A stretch of DNA of 64,000 nucleotides from Diplonema japonicum (taxonomy: Eukaryota; Protista; Euglenozoa: Diplonemea), in contig OZ025667.1 in assembly GCA_964019335.1 (NCBI GenBank), positions 310,001 through 374,000 of the forward strand, given 5' to 3'. The notes below the pieces were generated by a model that saw nothing but the letters and a program-made list of their open reading frames with translations, was not told where the DNA came from and did not search any database. Position 1 is the stretch's first letter, and every line of letters begins with the position of its first letter. Below, piece after piece: positions 11,389 through 24,900 of the stretch. A program made the translations under genes and the position numbers.

Positions 11389-11752
11389 GTTGTCCCCCCT
11401 TTGTATTTCTTATGGACTTGTAAAAAAAACGGAAAAGATGAAAAGGGGAACGTTGGCAACGTCTTGACGGTATAAACCTCTAGGCTACCATGGCACTACG
11501 GTGGTAACAAAAGGGAGAAGGAAGAGCAAAACAGGGATTTTACCGCGTTCACCTTTTCTTTTTTTCTTTTCTTTTCTTTTTTTAACTTGTCTAAGCAAAA
11601 AAGGACGGAACATTCATACCAGCGTTCTACCCCCCAGGCACGTGCCCAGATCCTCTTTCCTTTTCTTCCACCTTTGTCTCAATTATGTCGCTCACTTTTA
11701 TCGTTTTTTTTTTTTTAATGCTCCCACTTTTGTTGTCCACAGGGAAGTGGGC

Positions 11753-14700
11753 ATGAAGGACCAGAAGGCAACGATGGTGCTCAGGTCTGTCTTGAGGACA
11801 TATCGCGAGGTGAGACCTGACACGGTGAAGGAGCTGAAGAAAGATGCAACGTTGATCCTCACCACCAACGACTTCAGGCGTGTGGTAACTAACGAGGCAG
11901 AGGGTTGGGTGGCCACACCAACCCCACCTGTGAACGAATGGTACCAGGACACACAGTAATGAGGAAATGTCAAACCACACAGGGCACAGGGGGGCACCTT
12001 GGGATGGAGATGTCACGGCAGGATGACCAGTCTACCCCGTTGTTGTCAGAAGACATCCTGGCCGCCAGTCAGAGCACAGCCAAGCATGAAGAGGAAGAAG
12101 AAGAAGAGGAAGACGATACATTGGACGCCCCGCAACCACCTCCCGAGGGCAAGCACATCAACCCCCTCCTGCTCCGTCCTATGATCCAGGCAGCAAACAA
12201 CTTCAAAAAGAAGAAGGAGGCTGACCTCAACACCTCCCTTTCCGCTGTGTCCCACGACTCTGATGTCACGAAAAAGGAAGGCCGCAAGGTCGAGATCACG
12301 GTAGGCGATCTTGTCAAGTACCTCACAAAGGACGTCCACAAGAAGCGGCACAAGAAAGCCCTCCCCCTGTACCTCTTCTTCCTTGCCATGTTCACACTCC
12401 TTCTGGTTTTGGAACGCATTGACGGGGAGTCCAGCATGATCTTCTTCAGGGACCTCGGGACACGCATCCAGCTGCACGCTGCCCCTGAAGCTTACCTGTC
12501 GTCGGAGAGCCCTGAGCAGTCCAAGTTTACGGGAATCAAGAATTACGATGACTACTATGCTTGGTTAGAAGCTGCTGTGGAGCGTATCTGGCCTGCGGGG
12601 AGCCTCAATGCAAACCTCGACAACTCTACACCTCCGGGGATGACGTGGACAGGGAGGGAGGCGGAGCCTGCTGACCCCCTGCGGATCAACATACCCTTGG
12701 CCTTCATCCTCTTGCGGCAGTTCCGGGTGAACGGCGTGCTGTGCGACTTCGGCGAGCAGATCAAAGCCATCCCAGAGACCATGCGCGCGGACATGAACAT
12801 CAGTGCGACCACATGCTTCCCGTCATTCAGCAATGACGACCTCAGCATCGACCCCTACTCACACTTCGGCGGGCCCAACTGGACGTCCAACGTGCACGCC
12901 CCTACAGGCACCTTCGTCAACAGCATCCCCCGCACAGGGGTTGTCCACAGTTATGACTCCCCTACAAAGGCCTTTACTGTGCTCCTTGAGGTTAACAAAG
13001 CGTTCAACAATGACATCAGGCAGCAGATCGCTAACCTGAAGAGCCAGAAGTGGATCGACGAGGCCACACGCGCCATGTTTGTGGAGGTGGTGACCTACAA
13101 CCAGGCAGACGGCGGGTTCGTCTTCACGTCGCTTCTTGTCGAGCGCCTCGCGACGAACAACTATGTGCCCTCCAGCCAGTCCATCCCTTTCCACCACCTC
13201 ACGCTGTGGAGCACCATGCGGTACGTCATCCTCATCTTGGACTGCATCAGCATTACTTATGTCATTTACGACTTCTGCAGCTTCGTGTACATCTTGAAGA
13301 GCGACCGTGACTTGTTCCCACCAGCAGGGTTCTCAGGTGTTGGCGTGTGGGGCTTCTTCCAATGCGTCATGTTGGGTCAGTTTTTGGCTGCTTACTACTA
13401 CCGTGCGAGGCTGTACTACGAGTCGTGGACTATCAGCGACAACTACTTTAGTGAAAATCAATGGCAGATCTTGGAGGACTTCACACAAGTCGCAGGCGCA
13501 ACAGTATGCTTCACCATTTCACTTTACCCAACACCACAGCCCACACCTGCGGAGCTTGAGAAGGGTCAGAACTTATGGATGTGGTGGAAGCTTGCGGAGT
13601 ATGCGTACCTGTACGGGCAGTGGTCCACGCTCATCGCGGTATGTCTTAAGCAGCCAAAGATGAACACACACAGGGATGTGCCATTTTCTCCTGGCTAAGG
13701 CTGTTTTCCTTCTTGCAGTACAACGAGAAGCTGAACATCTTGACCGAGACCATCAATGTTGCGGTGGGAGACCTTGTTGGTGTAATGTATGTTTGTCTTC
13801 CGTCTTCTCATCACCACCACAGCTTGCTTGGTGCCATCGTTGTGGTGGGATTTGCTATAAGTGCACATGTGCTCTATGGAGACGACCTTGAGGACTTTAG
13901 GCATCTGCGGCACTCCATAGGCACATTGCTGCGAACCTTGGTGTCTGGCGAGATGCCACAGTACACGGCAATGCTGGAGCTGCACAGGTGGGAGACACGT
14001 GCCCTTGTACTGTCGTACTACCTGCTCGTGTGGCTGATCCTGTTGAACATGATCCTTGCCATCATCACAGGTTCTTTTTCATCTGTCCAAGAGGGCATGC
14101 AAGGACAGGGCAACTGGACACTCACAGACGTCCTGGCCACCATCAAGCACTGGTTCGAGAAGAAGATTTTAGTGTGCAAGAAGAAGCCTGTAGAACCGCT
14201 GCCTGTTGAGCAGGAGAGTGATAGTGGGATATCTGGCACAACTGCAAGGACACAAAAGATGCAGTCGGAACAGTACCTGCAGAACAGAATTAAGGCCGTG
14301 CAGCTGCTTCGTGAGAATGAAACCAATGGTGCGTTCCGTGAAACGGGGCGCGGAGAGGGCGAAGGGGGCTCGTTCATCGCAAAGGAGGACTTTTACTTGA
14401 AAGTGTGCCAAGACGGGAGTGTGCCTCTTTCACTGCATTCCGTAAACAAGATTTTCGACAAGGCATCGAAGGAAGTCTCTGCCACCAACAGGTCCATTCA
14501 ACAGGGCGAGAAATGGGCACAGGGGATTACAGAGAACTTACGCAAAGTCACTGACCTTGGCCCCACAACTACAAAGATTCAGGAGAATACGAAGAAAATC
14601 GACACAGCACTCAAAATAGAAAAGGAGATCAGCGGAAAGCTTGGAGCGGTGTTTGAGAAGTTGGACGAGTTCCGTACTGTGACAGACAAGTTGAAGAACG

Positions 14701-15245
14701 ACCTGGACAGCGCGGTAGGGATGGCCGACCCGCTGCCTCGGTTCCATGACCAAATGCGCTCTTTGAAGGATTCGATGAGCACGGCAGGACCGAACACAGT
14801 GCAGATAATGCGCCAGCTGCACAAGGAAACACTTGAACTACGACCTTCTTTGCTGAAGATCGAACGAGGCCTGAACCGGTGGACAGGGAAGCTCATGGAG
14901 GACATCAAGAGGGGAACGTTGTGGGGGCCACCAACCGCTGCTGCGAGCACCCGTGCGGTGCCTCGCCTCGAACGGAAGGAAAAAGGTAAGGGTCTTGTGG
15001 ATAACGTGAGCAGCTACGCCTTCCCGCAGCACTACCCCGCTGAGGACGATCCCGACACAGAGGATGAGTACGGCGTCAAGAGTGTCTTCTTCGGTGGTGA
15101 GGAGCTGGATCTCCTGGATACCAAGCCCAAAGCCGATCCTGTCGCCACAATGGCAAAGGCGTCTGAGGCGCCGCCACGGTCCATCCTGAAGTCACTGACA
15201 AAGCTGAAGCAGCGTTCGACCACAATAAACCCACACGACTTATAG
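11753..15245 (+). CDS. PKD2: Polycystin-2 (TRPP)-like cation channel, 5 exons
   Basis: WIDEATRAMFVEVVTYN, ILLRQFRV, pore region FRHLRHSIGTLLRTLVSG, ILLNMILAIITGSF. Introns 11904-11956, 13504-13539, 13639-13673, 13787-13822 join the frames. Confidence 0.85.
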
Positions 15246-15308
15246 TTATAGAGTAGTATTTATTTATCGCACTAAAGGTGGTAATGCAAGCACGCAGTAA
15301 AACAGGAT

Positions 15309-15629
15309 ATGGGGTTGACCTGCACCAAGATGGACTCAAAGGTTCAGCTAGAGCCTGCGAAGGGTTGACTAGAGGAGAGTGCTTACCAGCGGTTTGAGAG
15401 AGAGGCGAGAGAATCTAGTTCCGAGAAGACAGGAGGTGATCTGTGGGTGTCGCTGAGGCGGAGCTGGACCGCAAAAGGGTCCGCGACACGAGCCCGGCAG
15501 CGCCCTCGGGTCACGTCTTCTGAAGTTGAGGAATACGTTGCCGGAAAGACAGAGATACGCACCAGCGTGCCCTTGTCACAGATCATGGCAGCCTCGGCCA
15601 GGATCAACGGCAGCCACCAAGAGATTTGA
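15309..15629 (+). CDS. Small putatively acylated protein, possibly Gag1-like clamp (DUF4050)
   Basis: MGLTCTK N-terminus; GGDLWVSLRRSWT...VPLSQIM; in-frame TGA at 15366 probably removed by a 33-nt intron 15342-15374. Confidence 0.45.
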
Positions 15630-16050
15630 AGCCGCCCTGCTCAACGAGCCCCCGTCTTACCGCTTTACCCTTCGTGCACAGTGTGTTAATAGAGTAGCTA
15701 AAAAGAACTATCTCTTCCTACTGTGTGGTCAATACATCGCCAGCAAGGCGTCTTTTATATCCTTTTTTTTTATATTTCTAGTCGCTATGTCCTGATGCTG
15801 CAAAAAAGTCAGCTTGAGGTGACGACCTTTCTCCCTTCTAGAAAAACGTTTTTTTTTTTGGCATATTTTAGTTCTGTTCTTATACACCCCGCAATTCTTA
15901 GGCCTTGCAAGTCTTTTTTTTTGCTCCTCCTTTTCCACGTGCAAGACCTGTTTGCTTCGAGGGCCCTGTTGGTGCTCCTTATAAAGCAACTTTGAGTTTT
16001 ATTGCTGTCATCTGCAATCCATTGATTACCATCACAGGAGGTCATGCGCC

Positions 16051-17631
16051 ATGTACAGGGTGTCAAGAGATCTTAGCGACAAGGCCTCGTTAGATGCCCT
16101 GCCAGAGGTGCAGGTGCCGCACATGCTGCGAGAGCAGTTCACCGGCCTCACAACGGGGTTGGTGAAGCTCTACTTTTTCGACTACATAGGCCGGGTGCAG
16201 GCAAAGGGGAAGATTTACGACAGAGTAGCGATTTTGACGAAAGACCAGTTGGTGGTGGCGAGCCTCGATGGGAGGGTGAAAAGGTGCATATGGGCCGAGG
16301 ATATCACGGGTATCGCCTTCGAGAAGACGGGTAGCAAAGTGCTGCTGCAGATACCCTCTGAGTACAATCTGCTCCTGAAGGTCATCAGAGCACGTGATCA
16401 GTTTGTTCGTGCTGTGTCTGCTGTGTCGGGGGCACAGGTGTCGCTCCGTGAAGGGGAGATCCGCCCGTCGGCAGACTTGGTGTGCCCCAAGGGAAGGGTG
16501 AAGAACATAACATTCCGCGTCTCCGGCCCGCCACCATCCTCTGCAACATCAGGTGTAGCCTCGAACTCCAGTGCAAGCGACAGCCGTAGTCCCGTAAGGG
16601 CTGTGGCCAATGTTAACAAGGTGCCCATTTCCGTGTACCTCTCATCACAGTCAAGCAGCAGCAGTAGTGGGGAAGGCGTGCTTCGAAGGTGGTCTTGTGG
16701 TGATGAGAGGGAGGTGCAGATGCGTAGTGATGGCAAAGGATGGGAGGAAGAGATCGTCTGGGTGCGTTGCACTGTTATATCTGTCGACGACGTGCAGTGC
16801 ACAAGCGACGTACGGCTGCACCTGACGCCCTGCAGGACCACCACGCACTTCTCCATCGCAGACGACGTAGTGACTGCTGTCGACAACCATAACATTCGCG
16901 AAGCGCAGACACCAAAGGGGTGCCTGCCTGCGTGCTGGTGCAAAAGCCAGTGCAGTGCCTCTCCCAACACTGCTGCGGTGAATTCCCTCTTCCAGATAGC
17001 TGATACACATGTCCCTGAGGCCCTGTTGCCTCGGAAGGAACCCCCTAAGGGGAACGAAATCGCTCAAGTTGATGAAGAAAAGACGAAAGAGACATCTAAG
17101 GTAACGACGGCTAAGCCGCGGGAGCTGAACTGCAAAGTGGTAGAGAACGCGAATGTTCCTGCTCTGTCGGCGTATTCCGAAGCCTCTGTAAAGACTGGGT
17201 CGCTCGTTGCTTCGCCTACATCTAGTCTCATACAGCAGGGGCGTGCTTCCGTGTCTTCTACGAGTGTGCGTCTGCCACTGTGCTCACCTGTGAGGGTCAC
17301 AAAGACGCCTTCTGTGCAAAGCCTGTTCCCAGGGGTGGTGCCTCTGGGGAGCCCAATCTACAACTCGGATGTCAGTGTGACTACCTCCCCTAGGACTCCG
17401 TTGCTGTTCGGGCACCAAACATCAACCCCTTGCTCAGTGGCACTGTATGACTTTACTGCACGGTCTGGGGACGAGGTCTCGGTCCTGCGTGGGGATGCCC
17501 TAGCTTCCGCTCACAACAAAGCACCTGATGCGGGGTGGTGTACTGTGACAAACATCCGTACTTCCAAGACAGGCTACATCCCTGAGTCGTACTTAAGCAA
17601 GCCTCACATCACACCATTCGTGTCTTTGTAG
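16051..17631 (+). CDS. Protein with N-terminal PH/TH1-like domain, Ser/Pro-rich middle and C-terminal SH3 domain
   Basis: SH3 motif ALYDFTARSGDEVSV..GD...GWC...GYIPESYL; 526-aa ORF. Confidence 0.8.
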   Translation: MYRVSRDLSDKASLDALPEVQVPHMLREQFTGLTTGLVKLYFFDYIGRVQAKGKIYDRVAILTKDQLVVASLDGRVKRCIWAEDITGIAFEKTGSKVLLQIPSEYNLLLKVIRARDQFVRAVSAVSGAQVSLREGEIRPSADLVCPKGRVKNITFRVSGPPPSSATSGVASNSSASDSRSPVRAVANVNKVPISVYLSSQSSSSSSGEGVLRRWSCGDEREVQMRSDGKGWEEEIVWVRCTVISVDDVQCTSDVRLHLTPCRTTTHFSIADDVVTAVDNHNIREAQTPKGCLPACWCKSQCSASPNTAAVNSLFQIADTHVPEALLPRKEPPKGNEIAQVDEEKTKETSKVTTAKPRELNCKVVENANVPALSAYSEASVKTGSLVASPTSSLIQQGRASVSSTSVRLPLCSPVRVTKTPSVQSLFPGVVPLGSPIYNSDVSVTTSPRTPLLFGHQTSTPCSVALYDFTARSGDEVSVLRGDALASAHNKAPDAGWCTVTNIRTSKTGYIPESYLSKPHITPFVSL

Positions 17632-17650
17632 CCTGTAGTCTTAGTTTTTT

Positions 17651-17689
<39 letters not shown>

Positions 17690-17929
17690 CGTTCTGCTTG
17701 TTCTTCTGCCCCTTGTCAGCCTTTGTGTGATTCTCTCTTACTATTTGTACAAGGCGTGGAACTTGTCCTCGTCGAGTCTTTGTTTTTTGTTTTTTGTTCC
17801 CTTATATTTTTTTTCCTATTATTTTTTTGTTTGTTATGCCTCATGTACAGAGTGTCAGACTCGAGGAGACCCATCTGCTGGCATCGACAAAGGCAAATAC
17901 GACCTAGAAGAGTTGAAGAAGCAATGCGC

Positions 17930-18015
17930 AAAGGAAAGAAGGGAAAATGCAGCCAGCTGGAGACGCCGGCAAGACCAATGCAGGGGACGTCACGAGGACT
18001 TCCTTTTAACTCATA
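17930..18015 (+). repeat. Repeat family B, copy 2 (retroelement 3' relic)
   Basis: aaaggaaagaagggaaaa..agccagctgg..gccggcaagacca and gacttccttttaactcata shared with 5619-5760. Confidence 0.6.
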
Positions 18016-18953
18016 TGCCTTTTCTATCGGGTTCAAAAAAGAAAAAGAAAAGAGAATGAAAGAAGAAAAGGAAGGGAGGGGCAGAAATCAATTATTTTGT
18101 CCTCTTTTTAGTACCCATACCCATGCGGCTGAGAACCTCAGCTACTAAGATTTCCCCCAGAGTTGGAACGAGATGGAGGGAAGGGCCGAGAGATTTTGAC
18201 CAACGATTTTTATGATGAATAAAGTTTTTTTTTTTTCCTTTTTGCGCGTTTGATAACTAAACGCGGAAAAAGAAAAAAAAAGAAACCATGTGAACATACT
18301 TTTTTTTTTTCCTTTTTTTTTTTCGTATTCTATATTCTTACTTTGTTGAAATGAACAGAGAATGGCGGGCCCTTGCCGCAAGGGCCCGCACAGACACACC
18401 ATCGCAGTTGGCATCTTTCCATCAGAAATGCGTATGGGAAAAAAAAGCAAATGTGCCCCTCCCATCCTCCCTTTGTCATTCTCTCCCAGTTTCTTCTTTC
18501 TCACCCTACACCCCCTCCATTTTTCTAGCTAGATACCAAAGAAAAATAAAGAAAAAAGAAAACAGAAAGAAGAAGAAAGAAAGAAATGCCGATTCCTAAT
18601 TTTTAAAAAAAGAAAAGAGGAAGTTTCATTTTCCTTTTTTTTTTAAACCTTTCCCCCCAGTTCCGTTGATTTTAAATCCTCTCTCTTCGTAAAGAACGAG
18701 GGCTGATATCGCTTTGTTTTTCTTCTTTCACCCTGCAAGAACGGCGGTGGTCTTTACAAAAGGGGAACAGGGCCACACAAAAAATAAAAGAAAACGGCCA
18801 GTTCTTCTTGTTTAAAGCAAACCCCGCATAAGCAGAAGTACCATGCAGTTGCCCACCAGGAAGGAAGAGGGGCGTATGTTTCATTCATTATTGTATTACT
18901 TTCTTTTTATCATTCCACTGGTACACCTCAAGAGGGAGTGGGGGGGGGGGGGA

Positions 18954-21900
18954 ATGGACCCAAGATGGAAGTACTTCCGCGGGAGGCTGTGCGACATCGT
19001 GAGCAGCTCACAAGTCGATAAGCCCACAGCAAAGTTGGGGGCAGACGACTCCTTCAGCAGGCAGGCGAACCAGGGGGACAAAGAAGACGAGAACGACACC
19101 CTCAAGATGCTTGAGGACGCCCTCATCGATTCTAAGGAGCTCATCAACTCATGGCTTGCAGGAACATCTAAACACCGTCACATCTCAGTACACTTCGGTC
19201 CCACCGTCACTGTCTACGAGACTCCTCCAGCGCAGATCAACCAACGGCTGGTGTGGATACTACGCACCTGCGATGGCCCTGTCAGCACAAAGGACGCCGA
19301 GTACAGCAACGACATGGTGTTCCATGTGATGGAGGGCTCACCCCTCGTCCACGAGGAGCGCCTCCTCCGGGAGGTGTACCTCCCTATCTTCAAAAGGCAG
19401 CGCAACTGGGGCGTCGGTGGCGACACCACAAAGAACAACCTCCTCAAGAAGTGCTACAATCACCAAGAGCTCCTCGAGAAGTCCATCGACGAGGACACCA
19501 ACCACGGACTGTCCACACGTCTCCAGCCTGTCGACGAGGAAGCTGCCCTCAGGCTCCCTGCCAACGGTGCCTACGCCAAGCTGACAAGCGACTCCCAGCT
19601 CATGGGCAAGTACGAGGCATGTGCTGCAAGTTGGACAAAGCAGTGTCGGGCCATCATAGACGGCAAGCCTGACTTTGCGACATTGTCGGCAGAGAACATC
19701 CCCGAAGACAAAGGTCCTGCCTACGAGATCCAGTGGTGGAAGGACAGGCAGGCCACCTTCAACGCACTGTCCATTGAACTTGGAAGTCCCACCGTGACAG
19801 CAGTGCGGGCAACTCTTGCACACAGTGACTCTCACACCACTGCCGAGTGGAACACTGTCGACACCTCCCTCACCGATGCCATGAATGAGACAAAGGAGAA
19901 TGTGAAATACCTTGCGTCCCTTGAGAAATACATCGAGCCCCTTTACTGTGGCCCTCCGTCGGTCATTGTGCAGATTCTACCTAGCCTTATGAGCCACCTG
20001 CAGCTCATGTATACCATTTCCAGATACTACTCTGGCGGCAGTGGTGAGGATGCGAATGAAAAGCGTCAGGAACGCATGACACGATTGCTGTGTCTGATCA
20101 CAAATAGAATGATTGTAACCTGCAAGGACTCCATCAAGGATGGTGGGAAGCTGTGGCACCAAGCACAGACAACTAAAGGTTTAAGGGAGCTCATTGCAAA
20201 GCTCGAGGCGTGCAGAGAGCTGAAAGAATGCTACAAAGAGGAGTACGAGAAGACTCAGAAGAAACTTGAGCAGCACCCGAACAGCCCGCAGTTCGACTTT
20301 GCGTACCGCCACGTGTTCGGAAGGATCGACCTGTTCTGCCGTAGAGTAGACAAGCTAATCGAGATCTACCTCACGATGGACCAGTTCAAGTCTCTAGGAC
20401 GGTACAACATCGATGAGATGGACCAGGTCACTACCAGATTCGACGAGATAGCGGAGGTGCTGAAGAAGAACACAAGTGGTGGGCTTGAAGGCCGCGACGG
20501 TGACCTGCTGGACTACACAAGGCCCAGCTTTGACAAGGAATACAACGAGTTCGGGAAACAGGTGACGGAGCTAGAGTGCTCGCTGCAGGTTTTCATAAAC
20601 TCGCGCTTCGAGAACATCACTTCCACCGAAAACGCACTTCTGCTGCTGAAGAAGTTCCAGATCATCTTGCATCAGCCGCACCTGAAGTACGACTTGGATT
20701 CAAAGTACATGGTGATCTTCCACAACTACGGGCTGGACTTGGAGCACGTTCAGAAGATGTTCGAAAAGAACAGGTCGAACCCTCCACTGGTGCGCAACGC
20801 CACGAAGGTGGCTGGGTCCATCATGTGGTCGCGTCAACTGCTGCGGAGGATCGAGGGGCCTATGAAGAGCTTCCAGAGTAACAAGTCGATCATGACCTTC
20901 CAGAAGGAATCTAAGAAGATCGTGAAGACATACAACAAAGTCGCAAGATGGTTGGTAGAATACGAGCAGCTGTGGTTCAGCGCGTGGGTCAAGTCCGTCG
21001 ACTCCGTGAAACAGGGTCTCAACGCCACGCTCATCGTCAAGCACGACGGGAAGTTATTCGTGAACTTCGACATCGAGATATTGTCGCTCATCAAAGAAGC
21101 TCGTGCTCTCTCGTTGTTGGGCGCGCCACACCTCAGCCTCCCTGAGCCTGCGAAGACTGTTTTGATGCAAGAGAAGAAGTTCAAGCTGTATTACAACGAG
21201 CTTACCTATGGGCTGCAAGAGTACAGTAATGTAGTGGAACGCGTGATCCCTATCACGCAGGGCATCATGCGTGGGCAGCTTGCGAAACTTGAAGAAATAG
21301 CGAAGCCCGGCCTCACGACTCTGACATGGACCTCCATGAACATCGAGGTGTATATCCAGGCCCTGCACGCAGGCATCAAGAACCTGGACGCCATTGTGAC
21401 AAAGGTCAACGATATCATCGCGAACAGAATACAGCTCAACCTCAGGACTATCTCTAACACCCTTCTCGTCGACATCCCTTCCAACGTGAGCTTCAGCCTT
21501 GACCAGTTCGTAAGCCTTCAAGAGAGGCACATCAAAGCGCAGTACTCGGCCATTAATATCAAGAACAAGGAAGTAGAGCAGGCAGTAGAGGATGTGGTGC
21601 AGACTGTAATGCACCACGAGATGGATGACGTTGCTGCAAAGGCTGATGTGCAGGAGCTGAAGTCGCACTTTCATATGCTGATGCTGAAGGCCATCCTGGC
21701 ATCAACTACTAGGAGTCTCAAGCTGGTCAGAAAAAGAGTCGGAACACGTCACAGGAGCGGCGGCTTTATGTTCGTAGAAAACCCTTTCTTTGATGTCAAC
21801 ATCGAGCTGGCGTCTAACCACGTGATCCTGCACCCATCGCTTGACGAGGTACAGAAGGCCATCAACCAGACTGCCAACTCGGTGCTGATGTGCTCGCGGT

Positions 21901-24900
21901 TGATCGAGACGTGGAACATCCCCGACGCCCCGCAGTCCTTCTTCGAAGAGGTTGCCAGGAACAAAGAGATCGTAAAAGTTGTGTTGCTGCTAACAGGTGG
22001 CATCCACGGTCTACGCCAGCAGGTGATGGACTACCTAAAGTCCTTCGACCAGTACGACGACCTGTGGCGGCAGGACAAGGAGGCCGAGTATCAGGCGTTC
22101 ATGAACACGGCACCCACTCTGGGCTCCTTTGAACTTCAGTTGAAGAAATATCTTGGCATCGAGAAAGAAATCGACAGCATCTCCACAATACACATAATCG
22201 GCTCCCTGTCGCTCGACACCAATCTGCTAAAGAAATCCCTGAAAGCTATTGCTGCTGATTGGAAGAATCTCTACGCAAGGTACCTCCACATCAAAGCACA
22301 GAACGAGCTGGAGCTCTTGACGAATGAAATGAACGAGTGGACGCGTCTGCTGTCATTGGAAACTGACAACTTGGATGACCTGAAGTCCTTGATGGAGACC
22401 CTCACAGTTGTTCGGGAGAAGGAAAGTGAAGTGGACCTACGGTTCGAGCCTGTGCAAGAGATGTACGACATCTTAAGGAAGACCCATTACAGGATCAACA
22501 TCGTCTCCATTGAGGAATACGAAAAAGTAGGCGAACTGCGGTTTAATTGGAGAAAGCTCCGAGCTTTGTGCGAGAGGAAAGGAGACCAGATTGCCCACCT
22601 GCAGCACGGCTTCAAACGTGACCTCATGCATGCTGTGCAGCGCTTTTCGACTGACGTGATCGTCTTCAGGAACGACTACGACTGTAACGGGCCCATGGTG
22701 TCTGGCATCAGCCCTGAGGAGGCCATGAACAGGCTGAAGAAGTTCACAAGGCTCTTCGAAGACAAACACAGAAAGTGGAAGACACTACTAGCAGGCGAGC
22801 AGTTGTTCGGGATGCCCATCCACAAGTATCCAGAACTGGCAATGACAGCTAGAGAACTCAGCCACTTAGAAAAGCTCTATTCACTGTACGTGAATGTGCG
22901 CCAGAAGATCAAAGGATACGAGGACATCTTGTGGGACGACTTAGTGAAAACACGCGGTTTCCAGTCCATAGAAGCTGAGTGCAAGGTCTTTGCTCAGCAG
23001 TGCAGGAACCTTCCCAAGGGCCTGAAGCAGTGGGAGGCATACAAAGAACTGGAGTACACAATCAACAGTTTCGGGATGCTCAGGCCGCTGCTGTCGTGCC
23101 TTGCCAACGAACACGTGAAACAAAGGCATTGGCACGAGCTGATGGAGGTGACAAAGACGAAATGGAAGCTGGACAGCGACACGTTCAAGCTGGGGAACAT
23201 CGTCGAAGCTAACATCATACAGCACTCAGAGATTGTGGAAGAAATAGCGCTGAAGGCAGAGAAGGAAGCACAAGTGGAGATCCTCATCAAAACAAGAATC
23301 GTCGAGGAATGGGCAGAGCGCGTATTCACTTTCGAAGAGTGGCGCGGGAGAGGGCTACTACTGCTAAAGGGCGATGCCATTACGGAGATTAAAGAATCTC
23401 TCGAGGAGAGTCAGATGTTACTTGGTGGCATCAATCCCAGGTACATGGAACCTTTCAGAGAAGCAGTGAAGCTGTGGATGCAAAAACTTGTGACAGCGGA
23501 CAAGACCATTAACTTATGGCTAGAGGTTCAGCAGAACTGGCAGGCATTAGAAGCTGTGTTCTCTGGCGGTGACATAACGAAGCAGCTGCCCAATGAGGCA
23601 AAGAAGTTCAACCAGATCGATAAGCAGTGGTTCAAGATCATGACCAAAGCGCAGGATATAAACAATGTGATCTCCTTCTGCTACGAGAACGAGATCCTCT
23701 CAGGATTGGGCCCCATGAGAGATGGGCTCGAGAATGTCCAGAGGCAGTTGTCTGCGTACCTTGAGACAAAGAAGCGTGCCTTCCCGAGGTTCTACTTCGT
23801 TGCCGACAAGGAGCTGCTGGACATCTTGTCTCAGGCATCTGACCCCACTGCCATCCAGCAGTACGTCAAGAAGCTGTTCGACGGCGTATCACGCGTCACC
23901 TTCCATCGCAGCAAGCCTCGAGAGCAGGGCTCCAAACCTGAGGTCACGGTCACTGTACTTGGCTCACCCGAGGGCGAAGAGCTGCCTCTTGTAGACAGCG
24001 TACAGTGCAAAGGCCATGTGGAAGAGTGGTTGAACATCTTAGTACAACAGATGCACTACACAGTCAAGACACGCGTAGGGCAAATTGCCTTGGAAATGCC
24101 AAGCCTCAGGCGGTCGGAACCTCCTTACTTCGAGACTCATTACATGCAGAATCTGATAGACCGCTACCCTGCTCAATGCGTGCTTCTAGGGATGCAGATG
24201 ATGTGGACCTTGGATATTACAGAATACCTCCTGTCGCCGAAACAGGAGCGTGCGGCGAAAGCACGTGAGCTTGGTAGGGAAGACCGCCGCGATGGTAGGT
24301 TCAACGCTTTGCTGGAGTTCCTGATCCATAGAACGCGCGATGGGACGCTGAACGCTCGTCAGCGAACGAACATTGAGACGTTGATCACCATCCACGTGCA
24401 CCAACTAGAGATATGGTGGAGGACCATCCTAAGCAAGACGCAGATGAGGGAGAAGAATTCCTTCGATTGGCTGAAGCAGGTGAGGTTCTACTATGTCCCC
24501 GACCGCGAGGCAGCTCTTGTGTCCATCTGTGACACGGACATGGAGTACTGCAACGAGTACTTAGGTGTGAAGGAGAGGTTGGTCATTACGCCACTCACGG
24601 ATAGGTGTTATATTACTCTATCTCAAGCACTTGCAATGAAGATGGGTGGTGCCCCTGCAGGACCTGCTGGAACTGGGAAAACGGAAACGACGAAAGACTT
24701 GGGGCGCACGTACGGAATCTACGTAGTGGTCTTCAACTGCAGCGATCAAATGGACAGGAATGCAATGGGCAAGATCGTGAAGGGTTTGGCGCAGGCCAAT
24801 GCTTGGGGGTGCTTTGATGAGTTCAACCGTATTGAGCTGCCTGTGCTCTCTGTCGTTGCCCAGCAGATCGAGTGTGTCCTGAAAGCGCTTAAGGAGAGGA

